64,000 nucleotides of DNA from an uncultured cyanobacterium (lineage in GTDB: Bacteria > Cyanobacteriota > Cyanobacteriia > Cyanobacteriales > Geitlerinemataceae). Positions within the stretch are counted from its first letter, which is position 1, and every line of letters starts with the position of its first letter. A program made the position numbers and the translations under genes. This document shows, piece after piece, positions 29,654 to 38,872 of this stretch. The notes below the pieces were generated by a model. The model did no database searches and was not told the origin of the DNA. It saw only the letters and a program-made list of their open reading frames with translations. Where the stretch lies: contig CALCCD010000128.1 of NCBI GenBank assembly GCA_937899645.1, positions 21,357 to 85,356 on the forward strand. The letters run 5' to 3'.

Positions 29654-30751
29654 TCAGGTTTTGCCCAGGCGCTGTCCGGAGTTGGCGTCAAACCAGTGCA
29701 GCGCCTCTAAATCCACCGCCAGCGAAACGATTTCGCCAAGGGCGGGAACGCTAGATTCAATCGTCGCGCGCAGTTCGCGGGGCGTGCTGTCGGGCGTCTC
29801 GGCAGCGATCTCGATGGCGATCAAGCGGTACATGCCCAGATTTTCGACACGCGAGATCGCGCCGGAAAAGATGGCGCAGCGCTCCGAGGCCGCCTCGGGA
29901 GAGGCTAAGCGCAGGGCTTCGGGCCGAATTCCGAGGACGATCGCCGGGGCGTCGATGCCCGAGGGCATAGGGATGCGGGTCTCGCCGAGGCTGGTCTCGC
30001 GCCCGGTGCAGCGCAGGTTGAGCAGGTTCATCTGCGGGCTGCCGACGAACCCGGCGACGAACTGGTTGGCTGGCTTCGTGTAGAGCCGGTCGGGCGCGTC
30101 GAGCTGCTGGACGATGCCGCGATCGAGTACGGCCACTTTTGTTGAGAGGGTCATCGCCTCGACCTGGTCGTGGGTGACATAGACGACGGGGGCCTGCTGA
30201 CGCTCGAAGATGCGCTTGAGCTGGGCTCGGACGCTCTCGCGCAGCAGGGCGTCGAGGTTACTCAGGGGCTCGTCGAGCAGAAATACGTCGGGATCGCGCA
30301 CGAGGGCGCGACCGAGGGCGACGCGCTGGCGCTGGCCGCCGGAGAGCTGTCCGGGCTTGCGATCGAGCAGGTCGGCGTTCAGGTCGAGAAAATCACCGGC
30401 CTCGCGGACGCGGCGGCGAATCTCCTCGGTGCTCAGCTTTTGTAGCTTCAAGGCCGAGGCCATATTGTCAAACACGCTCATATGCGGATAAAGCGCGTAG
30501 CTCTGGAAGACCATTGCGATATTGCGATCGCCCGGTTTGAGTGCCGAGACATCGCGATCGCCGATCCAAACCTCACCGTGCGTCGGTGGCTCGAGTCCGG
30601 CGATCAGCCTCAGCGTCGTCGATTTCCCGCAGCCGGAGGGGCCGAGCAGCGAGAGAAACTCGCCGTCTTCGACCGACAGGCTGATGTCTTTAACGGGGAT
30701 CGTCTTGGCGTTGTAAGTCTTATTGAGCGATTTGAGTTCGAGTTTGGCCAT
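29654..30751 (-). CDS. ABC transporter ATP-binding protein, MalK/UgpC type
   Basis: Walker A GPSGCGKST, signature LSGGQRQRVALGRAL, Walker B FLLDEPLSNLD. Start trimmed from 31210 to the ATG at 30751 (MAKLELKSL), giving 365 aa. Confidence 0.85.
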   Translation of the reverse strand: MAKLELKSLNKTYNAKTIPVKDISLSVEDGEFLSLLGPSGCGKSTTLRLIAGLEPPTHGEVWIGDRDVSALKPGDRNIAMVFQSYALYPHMSVFDNMASALKLQKLSTEEIRRRVREAGDFLDLNADLLDRKPGQLSGGQRQRVALGRALVRDPDVFLLDEPLSNLDALLRESVRAQLKRIFERQQAPVVYVTHDQVEAMTLSTKVAVLDRGIVQQLDAPDRLYTKPANQFVAGFVGSPQMNLLNLRCTGRETSLGETRIPMPSGIDAPAIVLGIRPEALRLASPEAASERCAIFSGAISRVENLGMYRLIAIEIAAETPDSTPRELRATIESSVPALGEIVSLAVDLEALHWFDANSGQRLGKT

Positions 30752-31036
30752 AGGTGAAATAGGGTCGGCAGCGTAGCGGAAAAAGCGCGAAAAGAACGAG
30801 ACAGTCGCGCAAATCGATCGGGAGGCCTCCAGCGGCCAGCTTTCAACGCTCAACATAGCGGTCACTCGCGATCGGCGGCAAATCCGAGGCGCGATCGCAC
30901 CTTTGGAGCGCGCCCGTCCCGGATTGGCCCGCGCCCGCCGTGAATTGAAAGAGAACCCCAGCCGTTGGGGTGAGAGTCGGCAAGCACGGGCATCAGGTGA
31001 TAGAACAGAGATGCTGCCTCGTCGAACTCGACGCGA

Positions 31037-32152
31037 TTGAAATCCGAGCGTCTCACTGGCGTCTCGATTCTCGAGCGGTTGGCACGTCGAAAACGAGCCG
31101 CCCGAGCCGTCACCCGAATGCCGCCAATTCCTCCTACTTTCGTACACCCTGCATCTTTTGTTTTGAAATCTCCCCCTCATCTCATTTTGCGTACGGAAGC
31201 TGGCTCCCATCGACTCCCTCTCGATGTTGGTAACTGCTGGACGTTTGGACGCAGCAGCGACAACACGTTCCCGCTGCCCGATCGCTGGGCGTCACGGGCC
31301 CACGCAATGCTGCAACGCACGGACGATGGCGAGTACTACCTCATCGATCTCGGCAGCCGCAACGGAACTTTCGTCAACGGTCGGCGAGTGAGCATTCCCG
31401 TGCGCCTGCGCAACAGCGACCAACTGACCGTCGGCCAAACCGACCTGGTTTTCTACTCGCCCGCCCAGGTCGATCGCGATGAATCGACGGAGTTCGACAG
31501 CGAGGACGGTGCGACGGCGGTACTGTCGCTGCGCCGTTTGATTTCGGTGGTCGTCGTCGATATCCGTCAGTTCACCGTGCTGACGCGCCAGCTCGACGAG
31601 CAGATTCTCTCGGAGCTGATCGGCACGTGGTTCCGTCAAGCGGGCAACATCATTCGCAATGCCGATAGCTGGGTGGACAAATATATCGGCGATGCAGTGA
31701 TGGCCGTTTGGTTCCACAAATCCGAAGTCGCCAGCCCCGACGAAATTCGCAATATCTGTCAGGCGCTCTCGCAGCTCGCGGAGATGACCCAAACGCTCAA
31801 CGCTCAGTACACCCTGCCGTTTCCGGTGCAGATCGGAGCGGGTGTCAATACCGGCTACGCGATGGTCGGCAATACGGGGAGCGGCGATCGCCCGGACTAC
31901 ACGGCGCTGGGCGACACCGTGAACGCAGCGTTTCGCCTAGAATCATCCACGAAAGAAATCGGCAAAGATATCGCTTTCGGCGAGTCCACCTTCGTGGCTC
32001 TCTCGGAGCTGCCGGTGGACTGTAGCGCTTTCGCGGCAAAGCTGGTGGAGCTGAAGGGCTACGACAAGCCCACGAAGACCTTTGCCTGCGATTTCGACGA
32101 CCTGGCTGAAGTGGTCGCCAACCTGGCGAACCAGGAGATGCAATGGTCGTAG
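31037..32152 (+). CDS. FHA domain - class III adenylate/guanylate cyclase
   Basis: FHA motifs (WTFGRSSDN ... SRAHAML ... DLGSRNGTFVNG). Cyclase motifs (VVVDIRQFT ... KYIGDAVMAVW ... GDTVNAAFRLES). The true start may be the ATG at 31118. Confidence 0.8.
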   Translation: MKSERLTGVSILERLARRKRAARAVTRMPPIPPTFVHPASFVLKSPPHLILRTEAGSHRLPLDVGNCWTFGRSSDNTFPLPDRWASRAHAMLQRTDDGEYYLIDLGSRNGTFVNGRRVSIPVRLRNSDQLTVGQTDLVFYSPAQVDRDESTEFDSEDGATAVLSLRRLISVVVVDIRQFTVLTRQLDEQILSELIGTWFRQAGNIIRNADSWVDKYIGDAVMAVWFHKSEVASPDEIRNICQALSQLAEMTQTLNAQYTLPFPVQIGAGVNTGYAMVGNTGSGDRPDYTALGDTVNAAFRLESSTKEIGKDIAFGESTFVALSELPVDCSAFAAKLVELKGYDKPTKTFACDFDDLAEVVANLANQEMQWS

Positions 32153-32294
32153 ACGGTATGACTGAAGCGCCTTCAGGCGATCGTGCCAGATTCTAGAGCT
32201 GGTTCGCGGTCGTCTTGCACGCGACTGCGGGTTTTGGGTAATAATGTCTTCAACAAAGCAGCACTTATCTTACATATTAAGAGGATAGAAATTC

Positions 32295-32705
32295 ATGAAA
32301 TATCTGGCGCGGTTGTTCGCCGTACTTAGCCTTGCGGTTGCTTGCGTCTTCGCGTGGAGCGGCGATCTGGCAGCAGTGGCCGCCCCCAGCCCGATCTTGG
32401 CTGAAGCCGAATACGTGGCTCCCAATGCTGCCGATAGCAAGCTAGCCACCGACTTCGGCAAAAAAATCGACCTGAACAATACCAACCTTCGTAAGTTCCG
32501 CAAGCTTCGCGGCATGTACCCGACCCTGGCAGGGCTCATCGTGCAAAACGCTCCCTACAGCAGCGTCGATGACATATTTGCCATCGAAGGTCTCTCGGAA
32601 CGCCAGAAAGCGACCCTGGAGTCGCACCGCAAGAGTTTCACGGTAAGCCCGCCGGAAGACTTTCTTATCGAAGGTGACGAGCGCTACAACAACGGCATCT
32701 ACTAA
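32295..32705 (+). CDS. psbU: Photosystem II 12 kDa extrinsic protein PsbU
   Basis: Signal peptide, then KIDLNNTNLRKFRKLRGMYPTLAGLIVQNAPYSSVDDIFAIEGLSERQK, the canonical PsbU sequence. Confidence 0.9.
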   Translation: MKYLARLFAVLSLAVACVFAWSGDLAAVAAPSPILAEAEYVAPNAADSKLATDFGKKIDLNNTNLRKFRKLRGMYPTLAGLIVQNAPYSSVDDIFAIEGLSERQKATLESHRKSFTVSPPEDFLIEGDERYNNGIY

Positions 32706-32794
32706 GGCCGAGTTTTGTCAGGGCCGAGTTTTTCGAGTTCTCGCGGGCTCGCGCTCTGCGAAACCTGATGCAAGCCGGTCGGTCGTTCCGAATG

Positions 32795-32833
32795 AAAAAG
32801 CCCCGAGAGCTGCTGTGCTTCTGGGGCTTTTTT
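32795..32833 (+). terminator. Intrinsic terminator after psbU
   Basis: Stem GCCCCGAGAG (32800-32809) pairs with CTTCTGGGGC (32818-27), core GCCCC/GGGGC. It is followed by TTTTTT at 32828-32833 and preceded by an A-run. Confidence 0.6.
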
Positions 32834-32949
32834 GTGTAGCGTGCGAGGCGTCTGGCCAGCAGGCCCGATGTTTTCGGCAAAGTCCCGGTCGAGTCCTGGT
32901 ACATTGAGTTCGGCTCCGCCACCCGCAAACTAACCTCAGGACGCCCCTC

Positions 32950-33840
32950 GTGAAACGGATACTCGTCACCGGCGTAAACGGACAGCTCGGCGCGGAGCTA
33001 TTGCGCGTGCTCGCGCCGATCGCCAATATTCAAGTGCTGGGCACGACCCGCGCGAAGCTCGATCTGGCCGAACCGGACAGCCTTCGCAGCGCGATCGCCG
33101 ACCTCGATCCCCATATCGTTCTGAGCTGCGCGGCCTATACCGCCGTGGACAAGGCCGAAACCGAGGCCGAGCTGGCGCGCCAAATCAACGCGATCGCCCC
33201 CGGCTCGATCGCCAGGGAAACCGCCAAGCGCGGCGCGAAGTTAATTCATATTTCCACGGACTACGTGTTTGACGGCCAAAAGGGCTCGCCATATCTGGAA
33301 AGCGACGCCACCGACGCGATCGGCGTTTACGGCCAGACGAAGCTCGACGGCGAGCGGGCCGTGACCCAGGCCGACCCCAATGCCGCGATCGTCCGTACGG
33401 CCTGGGTCTATGGCGTCGGCGGCACGGGAAATTTTGTCAAGACCATGCTGCGGGTCGGCGCGACGCGCGAGGAGCTGCGCGTGGTGGCCGATCAGGTGGG
33501 CAGCCCGTCCTGGACGGGGGATATCGCCACGGCGATCGCCGACCTGGCTCTCAATCATCCCGATGCGGCGGGCGTCTTTCACTTCACGAATAGCGGCGTC
33601 GCCAGTTGGTACGACTTTGCGGTGGCGATCTTTGAAGAGGCGCGCGCCCTGGGCTTTCCGCTGGCGGTCGAGCGCGTCGTGCCGATCGCCACGGAAGAGT
33701 ACCCGACCCCGGCGCAGCGTCCGGCCTATTCGGTGCTATCCGGTCGTAAGCTGGCCGAGCTGCGCGGCGCGGTTCCGCCCCACTGGCGCGAGGGGTTGCG
33801 ATCGATGTTGGCCGAACTTAAGGCGGCAGGCGCGGCGTGA
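32950..33840 (+). CDS. rfbD: dTDP-4-dehydrorhamnose reductase
   Basis: ILVTGVNGQLG, AAYTAVDKAE, STDYVFDG, YGQTKLDGE (YxxxK). GTG start. Confidence 0.85.
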   Translation: MKRILVTGVNGQLGAELLRVLAPIANIQVLGTTRAKLDLAEPDSLRSAIADLDPHIVLSCAAYTAVDKAETEAELARQINAIAPGSIARETAKRGAKLIHISTDYVFDGQKGSPYLESDATDAIGVYGQTKLDGERAVTQADPNAAIVRTAWVYGVGGTGNFVKTMLRVGATREELRVVADQVGSPSWTGDIATAIADLALNHPDAAGVFHFTNSGVASWYDFAVAIFEEARALGFPLAVERVVPIATEEYPTPAQRPAYSVLSGRKLAELRGAVPPHWREGLRSMLAELKAAGAA

Positions 33841-36167
33841 GCGCGTCACCGATCGGGTCTTCGGCTCACCACAAGGAAGCGGAACGGCTCATCGATGCGG
33901 GCAAAATCGAAGCGGCGATCGTCAAGCTTTGCGAGAGTACGCTGCTCGCAGGTCGCAGCGATCTTTTTGACTACTCGCTGCTGGCGACCTGTTTCGTGCG
34001 TCTCGGTCGGGTCGAAGCGGCGCTTGAAGCGGCAAGGCGGGCGGTCGAACTGTCGATCCCCAATAATTGCAGCCAGTGGTTTTACGATCTGCACGTCGAA
34101 ATGGTGACGCGTTTACCGGCAGCGGCGATCGAGCAGGCGGTTACGTATTACGGGCGATGGCTCGACATCCGGATCGACAACCGGTCGGACGAGCGCTTGC
34201 GACACACAATCGCCGCGTGCGGCCTGTCTATGCTGGCCGTTCTGCGCGCCGACTCCGAACGGGCGGGGCAGATGTCTCTGATGGGGCTGAAGCTCGTGAC
34301 GATCGCCGATCGCCCCACGGACGTGACCTACTATCGGTTTCCTCTGGCAGGCATCTTCGATCGCGTCGGCCAGCACTACCTCGTGACGCAGCAATACCGC
34401 CTCGGCGCGGACTACTATCGCGGCGCGATCGAGATTCAGCCTGACAATGCCGCGTTTTATCGCAATCTGGCGATGATGTTGTCTGAGGCGGGCGATCGAG
34501 CGCGCGGCCTCGACTGTACGGTGCGCGCCTGCGAACTCGATGCCAGTATCTACTCGGAGATGCAGCTCGAAAGCATTGAATTCCGGCTGCGTCAGGTCAA
34601 GCACGCCCGCTACGCCGACTTTGCCGAAGCCGTTCTCGCCCAGCGCCCGAACCAGGCGACGATCGCCCTGATCTACGGTCGGCTCTGCTTGCAAGCGGGT
34701 CGGGCCGAGCGCGGGATTCGCGCGTTGCAGCGGGCGATCGCGACATTTTACGCAGAAGCCGTCGGCGATCGCGCCTTTATTCGTGCCTATATCGAGCGCA
34801 CTGCCCAGCTCGCGCCCGACGCCGTCAATGGCGACGCCGATCGACGCATGGCGCGCTGGCTGGAGACGCTGCGATCGACCCCAAAATCGCGCGAGTGCTA
34901 CCGCAAGTTTGTCGATATTCAGCTCCACCAACAGGAGACCGATGCCGATCGCACGCGCGAGCAGATGCTGGGGATGACGCGCGCGATCCCCAAGGCGATC
35001 GGCTGGTACGATAGCACAGCCGACTACGTTCGCGCGGCCAGCCTCGGCGGCCAGCGCTACATCGCAATCGACGACGAGCGGCACGTCCGGCTGAAAGCGC
35101 CCCGCACTCTTCCCGGCCTGGAGGCCGATCTGTTCGCACCGAGAGAGTTTGACTCGACGCCGCTGTTTGTCGCGGAGCTGATCGGCGCGCGGCTCTGTTG
35201 GGGCGGGGCGATCCCGGTCGCGGGCAAGAACGTCGTCGCCACCATCACCCACGATCGCCACCTGCTCGCGGATGTCTCGGTGCGGATGCCGTACCCGACC
35301 GTGGGCTTCGATTACCCGCACCCGCGCCAGCACTGGCTGCTAAACCAAGAGCGGACGCCGCCGTTGCAGCACCATCCCGGCGCTGTAGCGAACCTGGCCT
35401 CGATCGCCGGTCGCGACGGCACGGCGAACTACTACCACTGGATTGTCGATCTGCTGCCACGCGTGACGATGCTGCGCGATTCGGGCTTCGATTTGGACGC
35501 GATCGATTTGTTTCTCGTCGATAACTACCGATCGCAGTTTCAGCGCGATAGCCTTGCAGCCCTGGGCGTACCGCTCGATCGCGTCGCCAGCATCAGCGAC
35601 TATCCCCACCTTCAGGCAGAGCGCACGATCCTGCCGTCGCTCCCCGGCAAGCTGGCGACCCTGTCTCACTACAGCGCCCGCGTCCTGCGCCGCACCCTGG
35701 GTCGGCAGTTCGGCGCGCCCGAAGGAACCGCACCGACCCAGCGGCTCTATATCCGCCGCGATCGCGCCCGCTACCGCCGCATCTTCAACGAAACCGAACT
35801 GGTCACCCGCCTGGAGCACCACGGCTTCGTGCCCGTCCGCCCGGAAGAGCTGAGCTTTGGCGAGCAGGTGCGGCTGTTCTCCGAGGCTGAAGCGATCGTC
35901 GCGCCCCACGGTGCGGGCCTGACCAACGCCATTTTCTGCTCGCCCGGAACCCGCATCGTCGAGCTGCTGGCTCCGGGCTACATCGTTCCCTACTACTGGA
36001 TTCTGGCCAGTCAGTGCGATCTGGATTATTACTACCTCACCGGCGAGGGGATGCACGGCTCGCACCTGCGTAAGCTGATTTATCCAAATCGCATTGAAGA
36101 GGACGTATTTATCGATCTCGATCGCCTCGAGGCGCTGCTGGAGCTGGCGGGACTGACGCACTCGTAG
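33837..36167 (+). CDS. TPR-repeat protein fused to a GT61/DUF563-type glycosyltransferase domain
   Basis: N-terminal TPR-like helices. The C-terminal part has NYYHWIVDLLPRV and APHGAGLTNAIFCSPGTRIVELL, typical of DUF563. Overlaps the rfbD stop by 4 nt. Confidence 0.75.
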   Translation: MSASPIGSSAHHKEAERLIDAGKIEAAIVKLCESTLLAGRSDLFDYSLLATCFVRLGRVEAALEAARRAVELSIPNNCSQWFYDLHVEMVTRLPAAAIEQAVTYYGRWLDIRIDNRSDERLRHTIAACGLSMLAVLRADSERAGQMSLMGLKLVTIADRPTDVTYYRFPLAGIFDRVGQHYLVTQQYRLGADYYRGAIEIQPDNAAFYRNLAMMLSEAGDRARGLDCTVRACELDASIYSEMQLESIEFRLRQVKHARYADFAEAVLAQRPNQATIALIYGRLCLQAGRAERGIRALQRAIATFYAEAVGDRAFIRAYIERTAQLAPDAVNGDADRRMARWLETLRSTPKSRECYRKFVDIQLHQQETDADRTREQMLGMTRAIPKAIGWYDSTADYVRAASLGGQRYIAIDDERHVRLKAPRTLPGLEADLFAPREFDSTPLFVAELIGARLCWGGAIPVAGKNVVATITHDRHLLADVSVRMPYPTVGFDYPHPRQHWLLNQERTPPLQHHPGAVANLASIAGRDGTANYYHWIVDLLPRVTMLRDSGFDLDAIDLFLVDNYRSQFQRDSLAALGVPLDRVASISDYPHLQAERTILPSLPGKLATLSHYSARVLRRTLGRQFGAPEGTAPTQRLYIRRDRARYRRIFNETELVTRLEHHGFVPVRPEELSFGEQVRLFSEAEAIVAPHGAGLTNAIFCSPGTRIVELLAPGYIVPYYWILASQCDLDYYYLTGEGMHGSHLRKLIYPNRIEEDVFIDLDRLEALLELAGLTHS

Positions 36168-36301
36168 CGGGCGATCTAGCGGCTGTCATTAATTAAATTT
36201 ACAGTCCTCACACAACAAGAGTTCCAGCCCCTAGTTTTATTTTGGGTCGGGCGCTCAACGGCTTTGCCCGCAAGGGATCGGGCGCTAATTGATAACACGC
36301 C

Positions 36302-36814
36302 CTAGCTCAGCTTCTTTTCCCAAAACAAGGCCCGACCCATCGTCGGGTCGAGTTCGTATCCGGTGAAACCGGCCATGCGGTAGGCCGCCCGCGCGGCGTC
36401 GTTGCCCTCCAGGACTTCTAGCGTTAGCTTGCAGCAGCCCAGCGATCGCGCGATCTCCTCAGCTCTTGCCAGCATGCGCTTTGCAAGCCCGCGCCTGCGG
36501 TATTCCGGCGCGACGATAACGTCGTGAACATTGAGCAGAGGCCGACTGGCAAAGGTCGAAAACCCCTCGAAAGTATTGACGAGTCCCGCCGGACGAACGC
36601 CCGCAAACGCCAGGATGATATGCGCTGAATCGCGACGCGCCAGTTCTGCCGGGAGTCGCGCCTTCACGTCTTCCGGAAGTCCCTTTCCGCCACCCATCGG
36701 GTCGCAGGCGTAGGTGTCCATCAGCTGCACGACCGCCGCCGCGTGGGCGGGCAGGCTCAGGTCGGCGTCGACGATATTGACAATATCGATCGCGGGCTTT
36801 GAGGAGTCTGGCAT
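36302..36814 (-). CDS. GNAT-family N-acetyltransferase
   Basis: VAPEYRRRGLAKRMLARAEEIA matches the acetyl-CoA binding motif (R/Q-x-x-G-x-A). Confidence 0.75.
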   Translation of the reverse strand: MPDSSKPAIDIVNIVDADLSLPAHAAAVVQLMDTYACDPMGGGKGLPEDVKARLPAELARRDSAHIILAFAGVRPAGLVNTFEGFSTFASRPLLNVHDVIVAPEYRRRGLAKRMLARAEEIARSLGCCKLTLEVLEGNDAARAAYRMAGFTGYELDPTMGRALFWEKKLS

Positions 36815-36848
36815 GGTGGCTGGCCTCGATCGTCCGATCGTCCGATCG

Positions 36849-37388
36849 CTATACGGGCAAATCCGCCGGAATACGCAGCACTTGACGGCGGTACTCGGCC
36901 TCGCTCATCAGATCGCTGCTGCTCTCGACGCGATCTAGGAAGACGACGCCATCGAGGTGGTCGCACTCGTGCTGGACGATCCGCGCCACGAAGTCCTCGC
37001 AGTTGAGCGATCGCACCTGACCGTCGCGCGTTTGATAGTTCACCGTGACGGTCGTCGCCCGCGACACCAGGCCGCGCACGCCCGGCACGCTCAGGCAGCC
37101 CTCCCAGCTGCGATCGCGCGCCTTGGATCGTCTGACGATATTGGGATTAATCAGTACGAGCGGCGACATGTAGGGAGCGTCGGGGTAGCGCGGCGTGGGG
37201 TGGGAGGCGATAACGCACCAACGATCGCGGCCGCCGACCTGGGGTGCAGCGATGCCGACGCCACCGACCCGAACGAGCTCGCTCAGCGCTGCATCGATGG
37301 TGTCTTGGAGCGTGCTGTCGGCGAAGTTGATGACCTTCCGCGTCGGTTGACGCAGGAGTGGATTCCCGAGCTGGAGAATATCTGTCAT
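36849..37388 (-). CDS. def: Peptide deformylase
   Basis: Three canonical motifs: GVGIAAPQVG, EGCLSVPG, HECDHLDG. Confidence 0.9.
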   Translation of the reverse strand: MTDILQLGNPLLRQPTRKVINFADSTLQDTIDAALSELVRVGGVGIAAPQVGGRDRWCVIASHPTPRYPDAPYMSPLVLINPNIVRRSKARDRSWEGCLSVPGVRGLVSRATTVTVNYQTRDGQVRSLNCEDFVARIVQHECDHLDGVVFLDRVESSSDLMSEAEYRRQVLRIPADLPV

Positions 37389-37723
37389 GACAGTCTGGCG
37401 GGCGGGCGGTTTTGTACGAATTTTCCCCAGATGGCCGTAGCGCTGTCAATATCGTCATTTTACGTACTGTGAATTGCGTACCGCCGGTGGCATCGCGCCC
37501 CGCGATGCCTCGAATGGGGTAAATTTACAGCCTTGCGTCTGGGGGGTTGTGCGGGTGTCCGGCTCGCGGGTAACGCGTCGGCGGAATTACCCGTGGCAGC
37601 AGTGTAGTCTAGCTGACCACCTCATGCGATTTCAGGACGCAATCAGAGCGATTGCAGCGCCCCTGTCACGACACCGATCGCGCCGCTTAAACCAATATCC
37701 ACACCCTTACCCAATCCATCACC

Positions 37724-38113
37724 ATGTCTGAATCTCAACCTAAATCCGGTTTCCCCAAATCTCTGCTCTTCGGGGCAATCTCGATCGCCACCGTCGGCCT
37801 CGCCTTCGTCACCAATCCTGGTAGACCGGCCTACTTAAACTACGCGGCCTCACAGTTTGACGATCGGTTCGGGTCGCTCTGCCAGGGTCTGGAGCTGCCC
37901 GGCTTCCTGGAGCAATTCCAAGACAGCGCCCAGCAAGCTTGCGAAGGACTGCGCGAGGGGAGCGACGATCTCGAGCTAGTCGAAACCGCGATCGACAGCG
38001 TCACCGATCGCCAAAACTATGGCGTCTTTAGCATCTACGAAACGAAAGCACCCCAGGGCTCGATTAAGACGATCGGCGCATTCGGCCAGTTCGTCAGCCT
38101 GCCTGGAAAGTAG
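37724..38113 (+). CDS. Small membrane-anchored hypothetical protein (possibly DUF4359-like)
   Basis: 129 aa with one N-terminal TM segment and NPGRPAYLNYAASQ. The family name is from memory and not verified. Confidence 0.6.
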   Translation: MSESQPKSGFPKSLLFGAISIATVGLAFVTNPGRPAYLNYAASQFDDRFGSLCQGLELPGFLEQFQDSAQQACEGLREGSDDLELVETAIDSVTDRQNYGVFSIYETKAPQGSIKTIGAFGQFVSLPGK

Positions 38114-38152
38114 GTTCGCTCGGCGTCGTATCTCCCAGACTCTGGCGGCCCG

Positions 38153-38623
38153 CTACTCGCCGTTAAGCTGCTCCTTTGCCCGCGTCTTGAGCTGGGTTGC
38201 CATGCTCTGGAGCAGCCTCTTTTCGCGCTTGAGGCGTTCTTCGAGAGCCTGGATCTGCTCGCGGCGCGTCTCTAGCTCCACCGTGCGGCGCGCCAAGTCT
38301 TGGCTTTGCAAGGTCAGCGACTGCCGCCACTGCTCGGCGCGCTCGGTTTCGCGCTTGATAAAGTCCGGGGTGATGCCCTGCCCGAGAAATTTCCCCACCA
38401 GGTCTAGCACCCAGCCGCGCGCGTCTTTAATCGCAACGACCTGCTTGTTGGCGTTGAGGTCGATCACGAGCAGAACACCTTCGCCGTACGAGCCCGCGTC
38501 AATTTCTAGGGTTTCGCCATTTTGCAGCAGCACCCACGTCTCATCCGTGCGCTCGCGAGCGAGCAACTGGACGACAGACTTCCCGAGCAATCCTTTTTTA
38601 ACGACTTGGACGAGGTGTAGCAT
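38153..38623 (-). CDS. Hypothetical protein with a C-terminal coiled coil
   Basis: ORF with a heptad-rich C-terminus (RTVELETRREQIQALEERLKREKRLLQ). Start trimmed to the ATG at 38623. Confidence 0.6.
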   Translation of the reverse strand: MLHLVQVVKKGLLGKSVVQLLARERTDETWVLLQNGETLEIDAGSYGEGVLLVIDLNANKQVVAIKDARGWVLDLVGKFLGQGITPDFIKRETERAEQWRQSLTLQSQDLARRTVELETRREQIQALEERLKREKRLLQSMATQLKTRAKEQLNGE

Positions 38624-38872
38624 TGCGACTCTTCGTTGCACTTATTCGCAGTGCACCTGAGGGAAAACCCGCCAGAGGTAGGGCTGGGCTCGGCACGGTC
38701 GTATCGATGTCACGATATCACCTTGCTTCTATTTGCGATCGTACTCGATAGTCGCCGTAAACGTGACCGCCCGCAGGCGATAGCGGAGCCGCAGCCGACC
38801 GAAGGCAATATAAAAGTTGGCGAGCGCTTCTTTCAGGATATCTTCTCGATCCCGGTTGCCTACTCCGATTGC

